This document shows positions 58,760-64,000 of a stretch of 64,000 nt of DNA, one piece after another. The position numbers and the translations under genes are program-made. The first letter of the stretch is position 1. Each line of letters opens with the position of its first letter. The stretch comes from Candidatus Hinthialibacteria bacterium OLB16. GTDB taxonomy: Bacteria; Hinthialibacterota; Hinthialibacteria; OLB16. Below the pieces are notes generated by a model that was given only the letters and a program-made list of their open reading frames with translations, searched no databases and had not been told where the DNA came from. The stretch spans positions 4,472 to 68,471 of the forward strand of contig LMZT01000178.1 of assembly GCA_001567115.1 (NCBI GenBank), in the 5' to 3' direction.

Positions 58760-59792
58760 AGAGCCAGATTCCCGGCTGCAGCAGGCCTGCGGTTTCTTCG
58801 AAGCCAAGCATCAGATTCATATTCTGAACAGCTTGCCCCGCTGCGCCCTTGAGCAGGTTATCTTCCACACTGGCGACAATCAGCCGCCGTGTCCGCCGAT
58901 CGACATGGACGGATATATCCAGGAAATTGGATCCCTGTATGGCCTTCAGAGAGCACTCTTCCCCGACCGGCAGAACGCGCACAAAAGGCTCTTCTGAATA
59001 AGCCTGCTCATATACCTCCTGAGCTTCCTCCACCGAAATATCGCTGGCCAGCTCTCCATAGATGGTAGTCAGTATCCCTCGTGTCACCGGCAGAAGATGA
59101 GGCACGAACGAGAGCCGGATTTCGGAACCGGACAGCAGAGATAGCTCCTGCTCAATTTCGGGGATATGCTTGTGTCCTGTGACCTTGTAAGCACTGAAAT
59201 TCGCATCGCATTCGGCAAAATGCATTCGCTGGGAAAGATGCTTGCCGGCGCCACTGACCCCGGATTTGCAGTCTGCGATGACCGATCCCGGAGTAATGAG
59301 CCTGTTACGGATGGCCGGGGCTATTCCGAGGGTGACACAGGTGGCGTAGCAACCGGGGTTGGCGACCACACGGGCATTGCGGATCTCCTCCCGGTGCAGC
59401 TCGGGCATGCCATAGACCGCTTCCTGGAGCAATGCGGGATCCTTGTGGTCGATTCCATACCATTTTTTATGAATCTCTTCTTTTCGCAGCCGTGTATCAC
59501 CTGAAAAATCGATCACCCGGATTCCCCGGTCCAGGTAACCTCGCGCCATCTCCATGGCAACTCCATCCGGGGTTGCAAAGAAAACGATATCCGCTTTCGA
59601 GCCATCATCTTTGCCCACAACCATCTGCCGGGTGGTACCCCTCAGATTGGGACGGTATTTCCAGATGGGGGTCGGCTCTTCGGCGCGACGGTCGATCAGA
59701 GTGATCGACTCAAGGCCGGGATGGGAAAGCAGCAGACGCGCCAGTTCGCTTCCAGAGTAGCCCGCAACACCAATCACCTTCGCGGTGGCCAT
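58758..59792 (-). CDS. argC: N-acetyl-gamma-glutamyl-phosphate reductase
   Basis: 344 aa. KVIGVAGYSGSELARLL, the active-site region NPGCYATC, and GAAGQAVQNMN. Confidence 0.93.
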   Translation of the reverse strand: MATAKVIGVAGYSGSELARLLLSHPGLESITLIDRRAEEPTPIWKYRPNLRGTTRQMVVGKDDGSKADIVFFATPDGVAMEMARGYLDRGIRVIDFSGDTRLRKEEIHKKWYGIDHKDPALLQEAVYGMPELHREEIRNARVVANPGCYATCVTLGIAPAIRNRLITPGSVIADCKSGVSGAGKHLSQRMHFAECDANFSAYKVTGHKHIPEIEQELSLLSGSEIRLSFVPHLLPVTRGILTTIYGELASDISVEEAQEVYEQAYSEEPFVRVLPVGEECSLKAIQGSNFLDISVHVDRRTRRLIVASVEDNLLKGAAGQAVQNMNLMLGFEETAGLLQPGIWL

Positions 59793-59827
59793 CAGATTTC
59801 AATCTCCTTGGGTTTTTCCGAACAGGT

Positions 59828-59986
59828 TTATTCAGATCGCGGAGGGATGCGAATTTTGATCTTCTGCGAAGAGGAGGAGGCATCACAACACCCCCTGCCT
59901 TTTTTTCTGACCTGTTTCCAGACAAGATAACATGCAGCTGAAATCAGCGAAACACCAACCAGAACCGCATCCAGGAAATCAGGCAT
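59828..59986 (-). CDS. Small FeoB-associated Cys-rich membrane protein (candidate)
   Basis: Below the ORF-track size cutoff. My translation gives MPDFLDAVLVGVSLISAACYLVWKQVRKKGRGCCDASSSSQKIKIRIPPRSE*, which is one TM helix, a basic patch and then Cys-Cys. The ATG overlaps the feoB stop (TGATG). Confidence 0.5.
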   Translation of the reverse strand: MPDFLDAVLVGVSLISAACYLVWKQVRKKGRGCCDASSSSQKIKIRIPPRSE

Positions 59987-62232
59987 CAATCAAACCCCAT
60001 CCAGCCCCCCACCGAGTAGACCAGGAAAGAAGCCACCCAGGCGGTGAGAGTCATATAGGCAAACATGAAGGCCGGCCAGCGCCATGAGTTCGTTTCTCTT
60101 CGCGCAATTGCGATAGTCGACATGCACTGGCAGGCATAAACATAAAAGATCAAAAGCGACAGACCGACCCGTGCGGTCAGGAAGGGCTTGCCTGTGGCCG
60201 GGTTCAATTCGGCATGCAGGGCCTGGCGGAGGGTCAGGTTGTTCTCATCCGCATCTTCACTGATTCCATAAATGACCCCGAGTGTGCTGACGAAGACCTC
60301 ACGCGCCGCAAGAGAGGCGACGAGTCCCACTCCCACTTTCCAGTTGAAGCCCAGCGGTTCAATCACCGGTTCGATGAAATGGCCCAGACGGCCGCCATAG
60401 CTCTTCTCGAGCAGCTCTTCACGCTCCTGGCCATTGATTCGGCTGATTTCTGAGGCTTTGGCTTCCTGGCTCACTTCCAGCTGGGAGGTGATAATCATCC
60501 GCTCTTTTTCATATTTGGCCAGGGTTCCCGGATCCCGTGGAAATGACAGCAATCCCCACAGCAGCACAGTCACCGCCAGGATGACAGTTCCGGCTCGAGT
60601 GACAAACTGCAATCCACGGTCCCAGAGCAGGAGCAGCAAATTTTTCAGGGATGGAGCTTTGTAGGTCGGCAGCTCCAGCAGGAGGACCGGTTTGGGGCTG
60701 CGGAAGAGTGTCTTTTTGAAAATTGAAGCAATCAGGATGGCTGAGGCAATACCCATCAGATAAAGGAAGCCCATGACCAGCCCGCCCAGATTGAGAAATC
60801 CGAACACTTTCTGATCCGGAGTAAAAACAGTTCCAATTACCAGTGTGTATACCGGAAGGCGTGCACTGCACGCCATGAGGGGGGCAATGAGTATGGTGAC
60901 CAGCCGGTCTTTGCGGCTGGGAATGGTTCGTGTCGCCATGATGCCCGGCACCGCACAGGCGAAACTCGACAGCAGCGGTATGAAAGCCTTCCCATCCAGC
61001 CCGACCGATGACATCAGGCGATCCATGATAAAGGCAGCCCGTGCCAGATATCCTGTGTCCTCAAGAATCCCGAGAAAGAGAAACAGGATCAGGATCTGCG
61101 GAAGGAACACGACTGTATTCCCGACACCGGCGATGATTCCATTGACCAGGAGATCACTGAACATTGACTCCGGGAGGACGGTCTCGACAAAACCAGCCAG
61201 GCGGCCGAACACCTGCTCGATGACCTCCATGGCGGGAGCCGCCCAGGTGAAAATCGACTGAAAAACAAAGGCGAATATCAGAATAAAAAGAATCGGACCA
61301 AACACTGCATGGAGAAAAACCGCATCCAGCTTCTCAGTCGGGGTGTGCGGGTGGTCTTCCTGCCGGACCTCCGCCCGGCGGAGGATTTCAGCGATGTAAT
61401 CATAACGGGAATGGGATTCTTCCTTGCGCAGGCCAGAGGTGGTTGAATGAATATCAGAGAGGACCTGGCGAACCTGCTGCAATTCCCTTTCAGGCAAGTT
61501 GACTGCTTCATCCCCATCGATATTCGCCAGAAGGAACCAGAGAGACTGTGCCCGATCCCTTTGATCGACAGGTTTCCCATTCGAAAGACACTTTGCCAGT
61601 TGCTGAACAGGGAGTTCCAGCCTCTCCGGAAGCCGCTCGATAAAAGGAGGGATTTCAGGCGACAGGCAGGAGCCATCCTTGAGTAACGAATCGATTTTTT
61701 TGAGGACTTCATCCAGACCAGTCCCGCGCCGTGCAACTGTAGGAACCACAGTGCATCCCAGGAGGGTCTCGAGCCTGAAGGGATCGACATGAATCCCCTT
61801 CTCCCGGGCCACATCCATCATGTTCAAAACGATTATTAGTGGAATTCCCTGGTCAAGGATTTGGGTGGCCAGATAAAGGTTCCGCTCCAGGTTGGAGGCA
61901 TCGATGACACACAGCACCAGGGTTGGGGCCTGTTGACCGGGAATGCGGCCAAAAAGAACGTCATGAGCCACCTGCTCTTCCGGGCTGCGCGCTGTCAGGC
62001 TGTAGCATCCCGGAAGGTCGATCAATTGAACCGTTTTTCCCGAGGGGAGGGTCAGCGGGGCTTCTTTCTGCTCAACTGTGACTCCAGGATAATTGGCAAC
62101 TTTCTGGCGGGTTCCCGCCAGTGCATTGAACAGAGTGGTCTTGCCTGCATTGGGATTGCCAGCCACCGCAATACACAAGGGACTCAATGAATCAGGAAAA
62201 AATCTGGAAGATTTCAGCAGGGGTCCAACCAA
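59986..62232 (-). CDS. feoB: Ferrous iron transporter FeoB
   Basis: G-domain AVAGNPNAGKTTLFNALAG, DLPGCYSL, and a polytopic C-terminal permease. The ORF is open to 62325, which overlaps feoA. The likely start is a TTG at 62232 or 62187. Confidence 0.9.
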   Translation of the reverse strand: MVGPLLKSSRFFPDSLSPLCIAVAGNPNAGKTTLFNALAGTRQKVANYPGVTVEQKEAPLTLPSGKTVQLIDLPGCYSLTARSPEEQVAHDVLFGRIPGQQAPTLVLCVIDASNLERNLYLATQILDQGIPLIIVLNMMDVAREKGIHVDPFRLETLLGCTVVPTVARRGTGLDEVLKKIDSLLKDGSCLSPEIPPFIERLPERLELPVQQLAKCLSNGKPVDQRDRAQSLWFLLANIDGDEAVNLPERELQQVRQVLSDIHSTTSGLRKEESHSRYDYIAEILRRAEVRQEDHPHTPTEKLDAVFLHAVFGPILFILIFAFVFQSIFTWAAPAMEVIEQVFGRLAGFVETVLPESMFSDLLVNGIIAGVGNTVVFLPQILILFLFLGILEDTGYLARAAFIMDRLMSSVGLDGKAFIPLLSSFACAVPGIMATRTIPSRKDRLVTILIAPLMACSARLPVYTLVIGTVFTPDQKVFGFLNLGGLVMGFLYLMGIASAILIASIFKKTLFRSPKPVLLLELPTYKAPSLKNLLLLLWDRGLQFVTRAGTVILAVTVLLWGLLSFPRDPGTLAKYEKERMIITSQLEVSQEAKASEISRINGQEREELLEKSYGGRLGHFIEPVIEPLGFNWKVGVGLVASLAAREVFVSTLGVIYGISEDADENNLTLRQALHAELNPATGKPFLTARVGLSLLIFYVYACQCMSTIAIARRETNSWRWPAFMFAYMTLTAWVASFLVYSVGGWMGFD

Positions 62233-62234
62233 CT

Positions 62235-62471
62235 TTATGCCGGGGAAGGTTCCAGTAAAACCTCTTGAGCATCCAGACGGCGAATGGCAATCGAGGTGCC
62301 TTTCAAACGGATCGCCATCGGGCACCCCAGGGGAGAAACCCTTTCCACCTTGACAAGGGAACCGGCAACCAGTCCCATCTCCATGAGACGGGTGATTGAA
62401 TCGCCACCCCCATTGACATTCATGACTCGTCCAATTGTTCCGACCGGCAATTTATCTAATGTCAGCTTCAT
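62235..62471 (-). CDS. feoA: Ferrous iron transport protein FeoA
   Basis: 78 aa. SH3-like FeoA pattern LDKLPVGTIGRVMNV...RLMEMGLVAGSLVKV. It lies immediately upstream of feoB. Confidence 0.85.
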   Translation of the reverse strand: MKLTLDKLPVGTIGRVMNVNGGGDSITRLMEMGLVAGSLVKVERVSPLGCPMAIRLKGTSIAIRRLDAQEVLLEPSPA

Positions 62472-63158
62472 GTTTCAAAACCTTTGGCTGTTTTCTGTAA
62501 GGATAGCCTGACCAGCAGTGGAAGTACAGACCATTTGATACTGTAACGTCACATTCCTTTCTGAAACCCCGAACAGGGGAGTCAACCGGGTTCAACTCCT
62601 TCGGATTCAGGTTCTGAGATATTCAATCGCAGCCTGTTAAAAAATGGGCACCACTGGCAGGTTGCCAAAAGATGAAAATTGGCAGTTCATCAGAAAAGCA
62701 TAAATATTCACCATTGAAGATAATATGTATATGATACAATATTGGCATCATCAGGCCATGGAACATTCCTATCCGCCATTGTAATGATTTTTACCTTTCT
62801 TACAAAACAGACAGCCCTTCTGGATGGAAAATTTTGGGGGCACAAAAACAGGAAGATTCTTCAAAAATATTGACAATATCCCCTAAATTTCGGTCCTGGA
62901 AGCTGCCCGCCGATCTCACTCCCAGACTCTTTTGCGCATGCCTGGCCGATTCAAACGCAATGAATGGCATATAAACTGCAATGTTTTGTGGTAATTGCAA
63001 CGGTTGATTGGTGATTTATGGATTTCGACACACATTTTCAGGCGGCTGAAGGAAAGCTGCTTGGAGGAGGAAAGAAAAGTCCTGGGATATTCATTGCCAA
63101 CCGGGGATATGGCAAAATTGGTTAATGCATTAAATATCAATTTTTTATTATATATCGC

Positions 63159-63187
63159 TTGACAGTAGAAGCAGATATTGGATAATA
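63159..63187 (+). promoter_or_regulatory. Candidate sigma-70 promoter of the pseudopilin operon
   Basis: TTGACA (63159-63164), a 16-17 nt spacer, then GATAAT/ATAATA (63181-63187). A GGAGGA RBS lies at 63230-63235, before the ATG at 63240. Confidence 0.5.
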
Positions 63188-63239
63188 CGATCGAACGAAA
63201 AGCACATAGAAATTGGAACCACTCCTCCTGGAGGAAACA

Positions 63240-63794
63240 ATGCCTGAAAAACGGTTAGATAAAAATGATGGCCACCACATAATCCCACCCATCTCACTGC
63301 CTCGATCCTCACGGCAGAAAGATCAAGGGTTTACCATGGTGGAGGTCCTGATTTCAGTGGTCCTTACCACAGTCGCCTTTGTTGGAATATTTGCGACCTA
63401 TACCACCTCCCTGGCTGTTCAGAAAAAGGTTGATGAACGTTCCCAGGTGCTCTTTCTGATCCAGAAAACATTTGAGCAGGTGCTGGCGGTCGATTACACC
63501 GATCTGACTGTCGGAACCACGATTGAGATTTTCGAGGATGAACTGGATGGGCTGCTGACCATTACCAGCAAGGTTGAAACAGTAGTGGATTCCGGCATCC
63601 ATGCCTTGTGGACCCGTTTTTCAGATCCCACACCGACCTCCCATTACAAGCGGGTCACCATCACCGCCGAATGGGCTCCAGAAGATACAAGCAACGACAA
63701 GAAAGAAAAAATGGTGTTGACCACTTACCGGGTGGAACATGAGAACACGGTTGATTTCAGCGAGAGGGCTTCCAGCCAGCTCCCATGGAATTGA
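63240..63794 (+). CDS. Prepilin-type N-terminal methylation-domain protein (minor pseudopilin-like)
   Basis: I trimmed ORF 63213..63794 to the ATG at 63240 because of the RBS. QGFTMVEVLISVVLTTVAFVGIFATY. Confidence 0.8.
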   Translation: MPEKRLDKNDGHHIIPPISLPRSSRQKDQGFTMVEVLISVVLTTVAFVGIFATYTTSLAVQKKVDERSQVLFLIQKTFEQVLAVDYTDLTVGTTIEIFEDELDGLLTITSKVETVVDSGIHALWTRFSDPTPTSHYKRVTITAEWAPEDTSNDKKEKMVLTTYRVEHENTVDFSERASSQLPWN

Positions 63795-63808
63795 GGGAAG
63801 GAACCATC

Positions 63809-64000
63809 ATGCACCGTTTGAAGACATCCGCCAAAGGCCAGCAGGGATTCACCCTGACAGAGGTCTTGATCGCCAGCAGCATTGCGAGCCTTGCCATGGC
63901 TCTGTCGGCTGTTGCGGTGATGGGATTCCGCTATCAGGGGCAGACCACCTTCTCCCAGCTGCAGACACGCCTGCAGACCCAGAGTGCCATCGAAAAAATC
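63809..64000 (+). CDS. Prepilin-type N-terminal methylation-domain protein, 5' part (runs off the window)
   Basis: Not in the ORF track because there is no stop in the window. My translation from the ATG at 63809 gives MHRLKTSAKGQQGFTLTEVLIASSIASLAMALSAVAVMGFRYQGQ.... Confidence 0.72.
   Translation, partial: MHRLKTSAKGQQGFTLTEVLIASSIASLAMALSAVAVMGFRYQGQTTFSQLQTRLQTQSAIEKI

Noticed and set aside
62640-62750. Sigma-54-like TGGCA motifs and a Fur box upstream of feoA.
   Set aside because: The TGGCA occurrences lack a GC element at the required 12-nt offset. The AT-rich stretch GATAATATGTATATGATAC matches the 19-bp Fur consensus only in its first hexamer.
1-64000. A scan of the whole window for CRISPR arrays, rRNA/tRNA genes, transposases, integrases, phage genes, toxin-antitoxin pairs or defence-system signatures.
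   Set aside because: I found no regularly spaced direct repeats, no recombinase or transposase motifs, and no nuclease, ATPase or methylase clusters typical of defence islands. The gene content is core metabolism, translation and envelope functions.

Overview
This is a chromosomal window of mostly housekeeping genes: about 57 protein-coding genes, with no rRNA, tRNA, CRISPR array, transposase or integrase. The host looks like a moderately GC-rich Gram-negative bacterium. Six prepilin-type (GFTLxE) proteins, a sulfatase and several exported TPR and beta-propeller proteins suggest a PVC-group or related lineage, but that is inference only.

Recognisable blocks:
- pdxB; rseP-proS; cspA; queG; priA
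- the conserved rpsB-tsf-pyrH-frr-uppS cluster
- two tandem DUF2029/GT87 membrane glycosyltransferase paralogues
- hemY; pyk
- a full molybdenum-cofactor set (mobA, moeA, a moaC-moaB fusion, moaA, moaE, moaD)
- a Fur-family (PerR-like) regulator followed by catalase
- ahcY; a GlcNAc-kinase-like ATPase plus a GH4 glycosidase; gcvPA; a sulfatase; htrA; nifS
- a CHAD protein; a glutamine-synthetase-family gene; argC; feoAB
- a pseudopilin operon that runs off the 3' end

I see no convincing novel multi-gene system, and the window reads as ordinary core genome.

The most consequential observation is that eight conserved genes, including essential tsf, are each broken by a single-nucleotide frame change, several at A/T homopolymers. 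Consensus or assembly indel errors are the likeliest cause.

Leads worth a second look:
- an exported WD40 protein whose C-terminal caspase-like domain appears to lack both catalytic residues
- two tandem diverged pilin paralogues, each behind a sigma-54-type -24/-12 element
- Fur/PerR-like palindromes sharing an ATAATTAT core between the perR-like gene and the moa operon
- a small FeoB-coupled Cys-rich membrane ORF that is below the ORF-track length cutoff
- two unusually long non-coding regions: the rpsB leader and the feoA/pseudopilin spacer

All family assignments come from reading the translations for motifs. No database search was possible.
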